Below are positions 12,001 through 26,800 of a DNA stretch of 64,000 bases, piece by piece. The position numbers and the translations under genes are program-made. The stretch covers positions 4,278,001 through 4,342,000 of the forward strand of contig OZ059895.1 of the NCBI GenBank assembly GCA_964057225.1. Reading direction: 5' to 3'. The notes below the pieces were generated by a model that was not told the origin of the DNA, searched no databases, and saw only the letters and a list, made by a program, of their open reading frames with translations. Origin of the DNA: Auanema rhodensis (lineage: Eukaryota > Animalia > Nematoda). Each line of letters opens with the position of its first letter. Position 1 is the stretch's first letter.

Positions 12001-15000
12001 TTTTAGATTCCTTTTTTTAAGGCAAAGATGATGGACAATGTTATTCAACAAAAAAATTAATTCTTCAGGGTGAAAATCGAGGATATAAGTGTGAACTTAT
12101 ATCAGTAGATATCTCGGTGCATTTTTAAGCCAGCGCAAATCTGATAACACAGATCGACGCAGCTTAAAAATCCGCATCGAATACACTATACTACACTGAG
12201 AAACGCTTAATACAAAAATTAGTTATGATCGTTTGAAAAATGATGCATTAGTGTATGTTGAGTTTCCATGTACACTCAACATTGCTTCCAAAAACATTTT
12301 GACAAAAATGTTTTCGAAAAATTTCAAAATAATTTAGCAAAAAGTAGATGTTTTTCGATTCCTTTTTTTAAGGCAAAGACGATGGACAATGTTATTCAAC
12401 GAAAAAATCAATTCTTCAGGGTGAAAATCGAGGATATAAGTGTGAACTTATATCAGTTGATATCTCGTTGCATTTTCAAGCTAGCGCAAATCTGATAACA
12501 CAGATCGACGCAGCTTAAAAATCCGCATCGAATACACTATACTACACTGAGAAACGCTTAATACAAAAATTAGTTATGATCGTTTGAAAAATGATGCATT
12601 AGTGTATGTTGAGTTTCCATGTACACTCAACATTGCTTCCAAAAACATTTTAACAAAAATGTTTTCGAAAAATTTCAAAATAATTTAGCAAAAAGTAGAT
12701 GTTTTTAGATTCCTTTTTTTAAGGCAAAAATGATGGACAATGTTATTCAACGAAAAAATTAATTCTTCAGGGTGAAAATCGAGGATATAAGTGTGAACTT
12801 ATATCAGTTGATATCTCGTTGCATTTTCAAGCTAGCGCAAATCTGATAACACAGATCGACGCAGCTTAAAAATCCGCATCGAATGCACTATACTACATTG
12901 AGAAACGCTTAATACAAAAATTAGTTATGATCGTTTGAAAAATGATGCATTAGTGTATGTTGAGTTTCCATGTACACTCAACATTGCTTCCAAAAACATT
13001 TTGACAAAAATGTTTTCGAAAAATTTCAAAATAATTTAGCAAAAAGTAGATGTTTTTAGATTCCTTTTTTTAAGGCAAAAATGATGGACAATGTTATTCA
13101 ACGAAAAAATTAATTCTTCAGGGTGAAAATCGAGGATATAAGTGTGAACTTATATCAGTTGATATCTCGTTGCATTTTCAAGCTAGCGCAAATCTGATAA
13201 CACAGATCGACGCAGCTTAAAAATCCGCATCGAATACACTATACTACACTGAGAAACGCTTAATACAAAAATTAGTTATGATCGTTTGAAAAATGATGCA
13301 TTAGTGTATGTTGAGTTTCCATGTACACTCAACATTGCTTCCAAAAACATTTTAACAAAAATGTTTTCGAAAAATTTCAAAATAATTTAGCAAAAAGTAG
13401 ATGTTTTTAGATTCCTTTTTTTAAGGCAAAAATGATGGACAATGTTATTCAACGAAAAAATTAATTCTTCAGGGTGAAAATCGAGGATATAAGTGTGAAC
13501 TTATATCAGTTGATATCTCGTTGCATTTTCAAGCTAGCGCAAATCTGATAACACAGATCGACGCAGCTTAAAAATCCGCATCGAATGCACTATACTACAT
13601 TGAGAAACGCTTAATACAAAAATTAGTTATGATCGTTTGAAAAATGATGCATTAGTGTATGTTGAGTTTCCATGTACACTCAACATTGCTTCCAAAAACA
13701 TTTTGACAAAAATGTTTTCGAAAAATTTCAAAATAATTTAGCAAAAAGTAGATGTTTTTAGATTCCTTTTTTTAAGGCAAAAATGATGGACAATGTTATT
13801 CAACGAAAAAATTAATTCTTCAGGGTGAAAATCGAGGATATAAGTGTGAACTTATATCAGTTGATATCTCGTTGCATTTTCAAGCTAGCGCAAATCTGAT
13901 AACACAGATCGACGCAGCTTAAAAATCCGCATCGAATGCACTATACTACATTGAGAAACGCTTAATACAAAAATTAGTTATGATCGTTTGAAAAATGATG
14001 CATTAGTGTATGTTGAGTTTCCATGTACACTCAACATTGCTTCCAAAAACATTTTGACAAAAATTTTTTCGAAAAATTTCAAAATAATTTAGCAAAAAGT
14101 AGATGTTTTTAGATTCCTTTTTTTAAGGCAAAGATGATGGACAATGTTATTCAACGAAAAAACTTCAGGGTGAAAATCGAGGATATAAGTGTGAACATAT
14201 ATCAGTTGATATCTCGGTGCATGTTCAAGCTAGCGCAAATCTGATAACACAGATCGACGCAGCTTAAAAATCCGCATCGAATGCACTATACTACATTGAG
14301 AAACGCTTAATACAAAAATTAGTTATGATCGTTTGAAAAATGATGCATTAGTGTATGTTGAGTTTCCATGTACACTCAACATTGCTTCCAAAAACATTTT
14401 GACAAAAATTTTTTCGAAAAATTTCAAAATAATTTAGCAAAAAGTAGATGTTTTTCGATTCCTTTTTTTAAGGCAAAGACGATGGACAATGTTATTCAAC
14501 GAAAAAATCAATTCTTCAGGGTGAAAATCGAGGATATAAGTGTGAACTTATATCAGTTGATATCTCGGTGCATTTTTAAGCTAGCGCAAATCTGATAACA
14601 CAGATCGACGCAGCTTAAAAATCCGCATCGAATGCACTATACTACACTGAGAAACGCTTAATACAAAAATTAGTTATGATCGTTTGAAAAATGATGCATT
14701 AGTGTATGTTGAGTTTCCATGTACACTCAACATTGCTTCCAAAAACATTTTAACAAAAATGTTTTCGAAAAATTTCAAAATAATTTAGCAAAAAGTAGAT
14801 GTTTTTCGATTCCTTTTTTTAAGGCAAAGACGATGGACAATGTTATTCAACGAAAAAATCAATTCTTCAGGGTGAAAATCGAGGATATAAGTGTGAACTT
14901 ATATCAGTTGATATCTCGTTGCATTTTCAAGCTAGCGCAAATCTGATAACACAGATCGACGCAGCTTAAAAATCCGCATCGAATACACTATACTACACTG

Positions 15001-16122
15001 AGAAACGCTTAATACAAAAATTAGTTATGATCGTTTGAAAAATGATGCATTAGTGTATGTTGAGTTTCCATGTACACTCAACATTGCTTCCAAAAACATT
15101 TTAACAAAAATGTTTTCGAAAAATTTCAAAATAATTTAGCAAAAAGTAGATGTTTTTAGATTCCTTTTTTTAAGGCAAAAATGATGGACAATGTTATTCA
15201 ACGAAAAAATTAATTCTTCAGGGTGAAAATCGAGGATATAAGTGTGAACTTATATCAGTTGATATCTCGTTGCATTTTCAAGCTAGCGCAAATCTGATAA
15301 CACAGATCGACGCAGCTTAAAAATCCGCATCGAATGCACTATACTACATTGAGAAACGCTTAATACAAAAATTAGTTATGATCGTTTGAAAAATGATGCA
15401 TTAGTGTATGTTGAGTTTCCATGTACACTCAACATTGCTTCCAAAAACATTTTGACAAAAATGTTTTCGAAAAATTTCAAAATAATTTAGCAAAAAGTAG
15501 ATGTTTTTAGATTCCTTTTTTTAAGGCAAAAATGATGGACAATGTTATTCAACGAAAAAATTAATTCTTCAGGGTGAAAATCGAGGATATAAGTGTGAAC
15601 TTATATCAGTTGATATCTCGTTGCATTTTCAAGCTAGCGCAAATCTGATAACACAGATCGACGCAGCTTAAAAATCCGCATCGAATACACTATACTACAC
15701 TGAGAAACGCTTAATACAAAAATTAGTTATGATCGTTTGAAAAATGATGCATTAGTGTATGTTGAGTTTCCATGTACACTCAACATTGCTTCCAAAAACA
15801 TTTTAACAAAAATGTTTTCGAAAAATTTCAAAATAATTTAGCAAAAAGTAGATGTTTTTAGATTCCTTTTTTTAAGGCAAAAATGATGGACAATGTTATT
15901 CAACGAAAAAATTAATTCTTCAGGGTGAAAATCGAGGATATAAGTGTGAACTTATATCAGTTGATATCTCGTTGCATTTTCAAGCTAGCGCAAATCTGAT
16001 AACACAGATCGACGCAGCTTAAAAATCCGCATCGAATGCACTATACTACATTGAGAAACGCTTAATACAAAAATTAGTTATGATCGTTTGAAAAATGATG
16101 CATTAGTGTATGTTGAGTTTCC

Positions 16123-18216
16123 ATGTACACTCAACATTGCTTCCAAAAACATTTTGACAAAAATTTTTTCGAAAAATTTCAAAATAATTTAGCAAAAAGT
16201 AGATGTTTTTAGATTCCTTTTTTTAAGGCAAAGATGATGGACAATGTTATTCAACGAAAAAACTTCAGGGTGAAAATCGAGGATATAAGTGTGAACATAT
16301 ATCAGTTGATATCTCGGTGCATGTTCAAGCTAGCGCAAATCTGATAACACAGATCGACGCAGCTTAAAAATCCGCATCGAATGCACTATACTACATTGAG
16401 AAACGCTTAATACAAAAATTAGTTATGATCGTTTGAAAAATGATGCATTAGTGTATGTTGAGTTTCCATGTACACTCAACATTGCTTCCAAAAACATTTT
16501 GACAAAAATTTTTTCGAAAAATTTCAAAATAATTTAGCAAAAAGTAGATGTTTTTCGATTCCTTTTTTTAAGGCAAAGACGATGGACAATGTTATTCAAC
16601 GAAAAAATCAATTCTTCAGGGTGAAAATCGAGGATATAAGTGTGAACTTATATCAGTTGATATCTCGGTGCATTTTTAAGCTAGCGCAAATCTGATAACA
16701 CAGATCGACGCAGCTTAAAAATCCGCATCGAATGCACTATACTACACTGAGAAACGCTTAATACAAAAATTAGTTATGATCGTTTGAAAAATGATGCATT
16801 AGTGTATGTTGAGTTTCCATGTACACTCAACATTGCTTCCAAAAACATTTTAACAAAAATGTTTTCGAAAAATTTCAAAATAATTTAGCAAAAAGTAGAT
16901 GTTTTTAGATTCCTTTTTTTAAGGCAAAAATGATGGACAATGTTATTCAACGAAAAAATTAATTCTTCAGGGTGAAAATCGAGGATATAAGTGTGAACTT
17001 ATATCAGTTGATATCTCGTTGCATTTTCAAGCTAGCGCAAATCTGATAACACAGATCGACGCAGCTTAAAAATCCGCATCGAATGCACTATACTACATTG
17101 AGAAACGCTTAATACAAAAATTAGTTATGATCGTTTGAAAAATGATGCATTAGTGTATGTTGAGTTTCCATGTACACTCAACATTGCTTCCAAAAACATT
17201 TTGACAAAAATTTTTTCGAAAAATTTCAAAATAATTTAGCAAAAAGTAGATGTTTTTAGATTCCTTTTTTTAAGGCAAAGATGATGGACAATGTTATTCA
17301 ACGAAAAAACTTCAGGGTGAAAATCGAGGATATAAGTGTGAACATATATCAGTTGATATCTCGGTGCATGTTCAAGCTAGCGCAAATCTGATAACACAGA
17401 TCGACGCAGCTTAAAAATCCGCATCGAATGCACTATACTACATTGAGAAACGCTTAATACAAAAATTAGTTATGATCGTTTGAAAAATGATGCATTAGTG
17501 TATGTTGAGTTTCCATGTACACTCAACATTGCTTCCAAAAACATTTTGACAAAAATTTTTTCGAAAAATTTCAAAATAATTTAGCAAAAAGTAGATGTTT
17601 TTCGATTCCTTTTTTTAAGGCAAAGACGATGGACAATGTTATTCAACGAAAAAATCAATTCTTCAGGGTGAAAATCGAGGATATAAGTGTGAACTTATAT
17701 CAGTTGATATCTCGGTGCATTTTTAAGCTAGCGCAAATCTGATAACACAGATCGACGCAGCTTAAAAATCCGCATCGAATGCACTATACTACACTGAGAA
17801 ACACTTAATACAAAAATTAGTTATGATCGTTTGAAAAATGATGCATTAGTGTATGTTGAGTTTCCATGTACACTCAACATTGCTTCCAAAAACATTTTAA
17901 CAAAAATGTTTTCGAAAAATTTCAAAATAATTTAGCAAAAAGTAGATGTTTTTAGATTCCTTTTTTTAAGGCAAAAATGATGGACAATGTTATTCAACGA
18001 AAAAATTAATTCTTCAGGGTGAAAATCGAGGATATAAGTGTGAACTTATATCAGTTGATATCTCGTTGCATTTTCAAGCTAGCGCAAATCTGATAACACA
18101 GATCGACGCAGCTTAAAAATCCGCATCGAATGCACTATACTACATTGAGAAACGCTTAATACAAAAATTAGTTATGATCGTTTGAAAAATGATGCATTAG
18201 TGTATGTTGAGTTTCC
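16123..18216. repeat. Higher-order trimer (deletion unit + ORF-type unit + TTAAC-type unit), 1047 bp x2; repeated again at 23131-25224
   Basis: Deletion units at 16123/17170 and ORF-type units at 16468/17515 are 1047 bp apart. The same pattern occurs at 23131/24178 and 23476/24523. Confidence 0.88.
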
Positions 18217-21200
18217 ATGTACACTCAACATTGCTTCCAAAAACATTTTGACAAAAATTTTTTCGAAAAATTTCAAAATAATTTAGCAAAAAGTAGATGT
18301 TTTTAGATTCCTTTTTTTAAGGCAAAGATGATGGACAATGTTATTCAACAAAAAAATTAATTCTTCAGGGTGAAAATCGAGGATATAAGTGTGAACTTAT
18401 ATCAGTAGATATCTCGGTGCATTTTTAAGCCAGCGCAAATCTGATAACACAGATCGACGCAGCTTAAAAATCCGCATCGAATACACTATACTACATTGAG
18501 AAACGCTTAATACAAAAATTAGTTATGATCGTTTGAAAAATGATGCATTAGTGTATGTTGAGTTTCCATGTACACTCAACATTGCTTCCAAAAACATTTT
18601 AACAAAAATGTTTTCGAAAAATTTCAAAATAATTTAGCAAAAAGTAGATGTTTTTAGATTCCTTTTTTTAAGGCAAAAATGATGGACAATGTTATTCAAC
18701 GAAAAAATTAATTCTTCAGGGTGAAAATCGAGGATATAAGTGTGAACTTATATCAGTTGATATCTCGTTGCATTTTCAAGCTAGCGCAAATCTGATAACA
18801 CAGATCGACGCAGCTTAAAAATCCGCATCGAATGCACTATACTACATTGAGAAACGCTTAATACAAAAATTAGTTATGATCGTTTGAAAAATGATGCATT
18901 AGTGTATGTTGAGTTTCCATGTACACTCAACATTGCTTCCAAAAACATTTTGACAAAAATTTTTTCGTAAAATTTCAAAATAATTTAGCAAAAAGTAGAT
19001 GTTTTTAGATTCCTTTTTTTAAGGCAAAGATGATGGACAATGTTATTCAACAAAAAAATTAATTCTTCAGGGTGAAAATCGAGGATATAAGTGTGAACTT
19101 ATATCAGTAGATATCTCGGTGCATTTTTAAGCCAGCGCAAATCTGATAACACAGATCGACGCAGCTTAAAAATCCGCATCGAATACACTATACTACATTG
19201 AGAAACGCTTAATACAAAAATTAGTTATGATCGTTTGAAAAATGATGCATTAGTGTATGTTGAGTTTCCATGTACACTCAACATTGCTTCCAAAAACATT
19301 TTAACAAAAATGTTTTCGAAAAATTTCAAAATAATTTAGCAAAAAGTAGATGTTTTTAGATTCCTTTTTTTAAGGCAAAAATGATGGACAATGTTATTCA
19401 ACGAAAAAATTAATTCTTCAGGGTGAAAATCGAGGATATAAGTGTGAACTTATATCAGTAGATATCTCGGTGCATTTTTAAGCCAGCGCAAATCTGATAA
19501 CACAGATCGACGCAGCTTAAAAATCCGCATCGAATACACTATACTACACTGAGAAACGCTTAATACAAAAATTAGTTATGATCGTTTGAAAAATGATGCA
19601 TTAGTGTATGTTGAGTTTCCATGTACACTCAACATTGCTTCCAAAAACATTTTGACAAAAATGTTTTCGAAAAATTTCAAAATAATTTAGCAAAAAGTAG
19701 ATGTTTTTCGATTCCTTTTTTTAAGGCAAAGACGATGGACAATGTTATTCAACGAAAAAATCAATTCTTCAGGGTGAAAATCGAGGATATAAGTGTGAAC
19801 TTATATCAGTTGATATCTCGTTGCATTTTCAAGCTAGCGCAAATCTGATAACACAGATCGACGCAGCTTAAAAATCCGCATCGAATACACTATACTACAC
19901 TGAGAAACGCTTAATACAAAAATTAGTTATGATCGTTTGAAAAATGATGCATTAGTGTATGTTGAGTTTCCATGTACACTCAACATTGCTTCCAAAAACA
20001 TTTTAACAAAAATGTTTTCGAAAAATTTCAAAATAATTTAGCAAAAAGTAGATGTTTTTAGATTCCTTTTTTTAAGGCAAAAATGATGGACAATGTTATT
20101 CAACGAAAAAATTAATTCTTCAGGGTGAAAATCGAGGATATAAGTGTGAACTTATATCAGTTGATATCTCGTTGCATTTTCAAGCTAGCGCAAATCTGAT
20201 AACACAGATCGACGCAGCTTAAAAATCCGCATCGAATGCACTATACTACACTGAGAAACGCTTAATACAAAAATTAGTTATGATCGTTTGAAAAATGATG
20301 CATTAGTGTATGTTGAGTTTCCATGTACACTCAACATTGCTTCCAAAAACATTTTAACAAAAATGTTTTCGAAAAATTTCAAAATAATTTAGCAAAAAGT
20401 AGATGTTTTTAGATTCCTTTTTTTAAGGCAAAAATGATGGACAATGTTATTCAACGAAAAAATTAATTCTTCAGGGTGAAAATCGAGGATATAAGTGTGA
20501 ACTTATATCAGTTGATATCTCGTTGCATTTTCAAGCTAGCGCAAATCTGATAACACAGATCGACGCAGCTTAAAAATCCGCATCGAATGCACTATACTAC
20601 ACTGAGAAACGCTTAATACAAAAATTAGTTATGATCGTTTGAAAAATGATGCATTAGTGTATGTTGAGTTTCCATGTACACTCAACATTGCTTCCAAAAA
20701 CATTTTAACAAAAATGTTTTCGAAAAATTTCAAAATAATTTAGCAAAAAGTAGATGTTTTTAGATTCCTTTTTTTAAGGCAAAAATGATGGACAATGTTA
20801 TTCAACGAAAAAATTAATTCTTCAGGGTGAAAATCGAGGATATAAGTGTGAACTTATATCAGTTGATATCTCGTTGCATTTTCAAGCTAGCGCAAATCTG
20901 ATAACACAGATCGACGCAGCTTAAAAATCCGCATCGAATGCACTATACTACATTGAGAAACGCTTAATACAAAAATTAGTTATGATCGTTTGAAAAATGA
21001 TGCATTAGTGTATGTTGAGTTTCCATGTACACTCAACATTGCTTCCAAAAACATTTTGACAAAAATTTTTTCGAAAAATTTCAAAATAATTTAGCAAAAA
21101 GTAGATGTTTTTAGATTCCTTTTTTTAAGGCAAAGATGATGGACAATGTTATTCAACAAAAAAATTAATTCTTCAGGGTGAAAATCGAGGATATAAGTGT

Positions 21201-23826
21201 GAACTTATATCAGTAGATATCTCGGTGCATTTTTAAGCCAGCGCAAATCTGATAACACAGATCGACGCAGCTTAAAAATCCGCATCGAATACACTATACT
21301 ACACTGAGAAACGCTTAATACAAAAATTAGTTATGATCGTTTGAAAAATGATGCATTAGTGTATGTTGAGTTTCCATGTACACTCAACATTGCTTCCAAA
21401 AACATTTTAACAAAAATGTTTTCGAAAAATTTCAAAATAATTTAGCAAAAAGTAGATGTTTTTAGATTCCTTTTTTTAAGGCAAAAATGATGGACAATGT
21501 TATTCAACGAAAAAATTAATTCTTCAGGGTGAAAATCGAGGATATAAGTGTGAACTTATATCAGTTGATATCTCGTTGCATTTTCAAGCTAGCGCAAATC
21601 TGATAACACAGATCGACGCAGCTTAAAAATCCGCATCGAATGCACTATACTACATTGAGAAACGCTTAATACAAAAATTAGTTATGATCGTTTGAAAAAT
21701 GATGCATTAGTGTATGTTGAGTTTCCATGTACACTCAACATTGCTTCCAAAAACATTTTGACAAAAATGTTTTCGAAAAATTTCAAAATAATTTAGCAAA
21801 AAGTAGATGTTTTTAGATTCCTTTTTTTAAGGCAAAAATGATGGACAATGTTATTCAACGAAAAAATTAATTCTTCAGGGTGAAAATCGAGGATATAAGT
21901 GTGAACTTATATCAGTTGATATCTCGTTGCATTTTCAAGCTAGCGCAAATCTGATAACACAGATCGACGCAGCTTAAAAATCCGCATCGAATGCACTATA
22001 CTACATTGAGAAACGCTTAATACAAAAATTAGTTATGATCGTTTGAAAAATGATGCATTAGTGTATGTTGAGTTTCCATGTACACTCAACATTGCTTCCA
22101 AAAACATTTTGACAAAAATTTTTTCGAAAAATTTCAAAATAATTTAGCAAAAAGTAGATGTTTTTCGATTCCTTTTTTTAAGGCAAAGACGATGGACAAT
22201 GTTATTCAACGAAAAAATCAATTCTTCAGGGTGAAAATCGAGGATATAAGTGTGAACTTATATCAGTTGATATCTCGTTGCATTTTTAAGCTAGCGCAAA
22301 TCTGATAACACAGATCGACGCAGCTTAAAAATCCGCATCGAATACACTATACTACACTGAGAAACGCTTAATACAAAAATTAGTTATGATCGTTTGAAAA
22401 ATGATGCATTAGTGTATGTTGAGTTTCCATGTACACTCAACATTGCTTCCAAAAACATTTTAACAAAAATGTTTTCGAAAAATTTCAAAATAATTTAGCA
22501 AAAAGTAGATGTTTTTAGATTCCTTTTTTTAAGGCAAAAATGATGGACAATGTTATTCAACGAAAAAATTAATTCTTCAGGGTGAAAATCGAGGATATAA
22601 GTGTGAACTTATATCAGTTGATATCTCGTTGCATTTTCAAGCTAGCGCAAATCTGATAACACAGATCGACGCAGCTTAAAAATCCGCATCGAATGCACTA
22701 TACTACATTGAGAAACGCTTAATACAAAAATTAGTTATGATCGTTTGAAAAATGATGCATTAGTGTATGTTGAGTTTCCATGTACACTCAACATTGCTTC
22801 CAAAAACATTTTGACAAAAATGTTTTCGAAAAATTTCAAAATAATTTAGCAAAAAGTAGATGTTTTTAGATTCCTTTTTTTAAGGCAAAAATGATGGACA
22901 ATGTTATTCAACGAAAAAATTAATTCTTCAGGGTGAAAATCGAGGATGTAAGTGTGAACTTATATCAGTTGATATCTCGTTGCATTTTCAAGCTAGCGCA
23001 AATCTGATAACACAGATCGACGCAGCTTAAAAATCCGCATCGAATGCACTATACTACATTGAGAAACGCTTAATACAAAAATTAGTTATGATCGTTTGAA
23101 AAATGATGCATTAGTGTATGTTGAGTTTCCATGTACACTCAACATTGCTTCCAAAAACATTTTGACAAAAATTTTTTCGAAAAATTTCAAAATAATTTAG
23201 CAAAAAGTAGATGTTTTTAGATTCCTTTTTTTAAGGCAAAGATGATGAACAATGTTATTCAACGAAAAAACTTCAGGGTGAAAATCGAGGATATAAGTGT
23301 GAACATATATCAGTTGATATCTCGGTGCATGTTCAAGCTAGCGCAAATCTGATAACACAGATCGACGCAGCTTAAAAATCCGCATCGAATGCACTATACT
23401 ACATTGAGAAACGCTCAATACAAAAATTAGTTATGATCGTTTGAAAAATGATGCATTAGTGTATGTTGAGTTTCCATGTACACTCAACATTGCTTCCAAA
23501 AACATTTTGACAAAAATTTTTTCGAAAAATTTCAAAATAATTTAGCAAAAAGTAGATGTTTTTCGATTCCTTTTTTTAAGGCAAAGACGATGGACAATGT
23601 TATTCAACGAAAAAATCAATTCTTCAGGGTGAAAATCGAGGATATAAGTGTGAACTTATATCAGTTGATATCTCGGTGCATTTTTAAGCTAGCGCAAATC
23701 TGATAACACAGATCGACGCAGCTTAAAAATCCGCATCGAATGCACTATACTACACTGAGAAACGCTTAATACAAAAATTAGTTATGATCGTTTGAAAAAT
23801 GATGCATTAGTGTATGTTGAGTTTCC

Positions 23827-26800
23827 ATGTACACTCAACATTGCTTCCAAAAACATTTTAACAAAAATGTTTTCGAAAAATTTCAAAATAATTTAGCAAA
23901 AAGTAGATGTTTTTAGATTCCTTTTTTTAAGGCAAAAATGATGGACAATGTTATTCAACGAAAAAATTAATTCTTCAGGGTGAAAATCGAGGATATAAGT
24001 GTGAACTTATATCAGTTGATATCTCGTTGCATTTTCAAGCTAGCGCAAATCTGATAACACAGATCGACGCAGCTTAAAAATCCGCATCGAATGCACTATA
24101 CTACATTGAGAAACGCTTAATACAAAAATTAGTTATGATCGTTTGAAAAATGATGCATTAGTGTATGTTGAGTTTCCATGTACACTCAACATTGCTTCCA
24201 AAAACATTTTGACAAAAATTTTTTCGAAAAATTTCAAAATAATTTAGCAAAAAGTAGATGTTTTTAGATTCCTTTTTTTAAGGCAAAGATGATGGACAAT
24301 GTTATTCAACGAAAAAACTTCAGGGTGAAAATCGAGGATATAAGTGTGAACATATATCAGTTGATATCTCGGTGCATGTTCAAGCTAGCGCAAATCTGAT
24401 AACACAGATCGACGCAGCTTAAAAATCCGCATCGAATGCACTATACTACATTGAGAAACGCTTAATACAAAAATTAGTTATGATCGTTTGAAAAATGATG
24501 CATTAGTGTATGTTGAGTTTCCATGTACACTCAACATTGCTTCCAAAAACATTTTGACAAAAATTTTTTCGAAAAATTTCAAAATAATTTAGCAAAAAGT
24601 AGATGTTTTTCGATTCCTTTTTTTAAGGCAAAGACGATGGACAATGTTATTCAACGAAAAAATCAATTCTTCAGGGTGAAAATCGAGGATATAAGTGTGA
24701 ACTTATATCAGTTGATATCTCGGTGCATTTTTAAGCTAGCGCAAATCTGATAACACAGATCGACGCAGCTTAAAAATCCGCATCGAATGCACTATACTAC
24801 ACTGAGAAACGCTTAATACAAAAATTAGTTATGATCGTTTGAAAAATGATGCATTAGTGTATGTTGAGTTTCCATGTACACTCAACATTGCTTCCAAAAA
24901 CATTTTAACAAAAATGTTTTCGAAAAATTTCAAAATAATTTAGCAAAAAGTAGATGTTTTTAGATTCCTTTTTTTAAGGCAAAAATGATGGACAATGTTA
25001 TTCAACGAAAAAATTAATTCTTCAGGGTGAAAATCGAGGATATAAGTGTGAACTTATATCAGTTGATATCTCGTTGCATTTTCAAGCTAGCGCAAATCTG
25101 ATAACACAGATCGACGCAGCTTAAAAATCCGCATCGAATGCACTATACTACATTGAGAAACGCTTAATACAAAAATTAGTTATGATCGTTTGAAAAATGA
25201 TGCATTAGTGTATGTTGAGTTTCCATGTACACTCAACATTGCTTCCAAAAACATTTTGACAAAAATTTTTTCGAAAAATTTCAAAATAATTTAGCAAAAA
25301 GTAGATGTTTTTAGATTCCTTTTTTTAAGGCAAAGATGATGGACAATGTTATTCAACAAAAAAATTAATTCTTCAGGGTGAAAATCGAGGATATAAGTGT
25401 GAACTTATATCAGTAGATATCTCGGTGCATTTTTAAGCCAGCGCAAATCTGATAACACAGATCGACGCAGCTTAAAAATCCGCATCGAATACACTATACT
25501 ACATTGAGAAACGCTTAATACAAAAATTAGTTATGATCGTTTGAAAAATGATGCATTAGTGTATGTTGAGTTTCCATGTACACTCAACATTGCTTCCAAA
25601 AACATTTTAACAAAAATGTTTTCGAAAAATTTCAAAATAATTTAGCAAAAAGTAGATGTTTTTAGATTCCTTTTTTTAAGGCAAAAATGATGGACAATGT
25701 TATTCAACGAAAAAATTAATTCTTCAGGGTGAAAATCGAGGATATAAGTGTGAACTTATATCAGTTGATATCTCGTTGCATTTTCAAGCTAGCGCAAATC
25801 TGATAACACAGATCGACGCAGCTTAAAAATCCGCATCGAATGCACTATACTACATTGAGAAACGCTTAATACAAAAATTAGTTATGATCGTTTGAAAAAT
25901 GATGCATTAGTGTATGTTGAGTTTCCATGTACACTCAACATTGCTTCCAAAAACATTTTGACAAAAATTTTTTCGTAAAATTTCAAAATAATTTAGCAAA
26001 AAGTAGATGTTTTTAGATTCCTTTTTTTAAGGCAAAGATGATGGACAATGTTATTCAACAAAAAAATTAATTCTTCAGGGTGAAAATCGAGGATATAAGT
26101 GTGAACTTATATCAGTAGATATCTCGGTGCATTTTTAAGCCAGCGCAAATCTGATAACACAGATCGACGCAGCTTAAAAATCCGCATCGAATACACTATA
26201 CTACATTGAGAAACGCTTAATACAAAAATTAGTTATGATCGTTTGAAAAATGATGCATTAGTGTATGTTGAGTTTCCATGTACACTCAACATTGCTTCCA
26301 AAAACATTTTAACAAAAATGTTTTCGAAAAATTTCAAAATAATTTAGCAAAAAGTAGATGTTTTTAGATTCCTTTTTTTAAGGCAAAAATGATGGACAAT
26401 GTTATTCAACGAAAAAATTAATTCTTCAGGGTGAAAATCGAGGATATAAGTGTGAACTTATATCAGTTGATATCTCGTTGCATTTTCAAGCTAGCGCAAA
26501 TCTGATAACACAGATCGACGCAGCTTAAAAATCCGCATCGAATGCACTATACTACATTGAGAAACGCTTAATACAAAAATTAGTTATGATCGTTTGAAAA
26601 ATGATGCATTAGTGTATGTTGAGTTTCCATGTACACTCAACATTGCTTCCAAAAACATTTTGACAAAAATTTTTTCGAAAAATTTCAAAATAATTTAGCA
26701 AAAAGTAGATGTTTTTAGATTCCTTTTTTTAAGGCAAAGATGATGGACAATGTTATTCAACAAAAAAATTAATTCTTCAGGGTGAAAATCGAGGATATAA

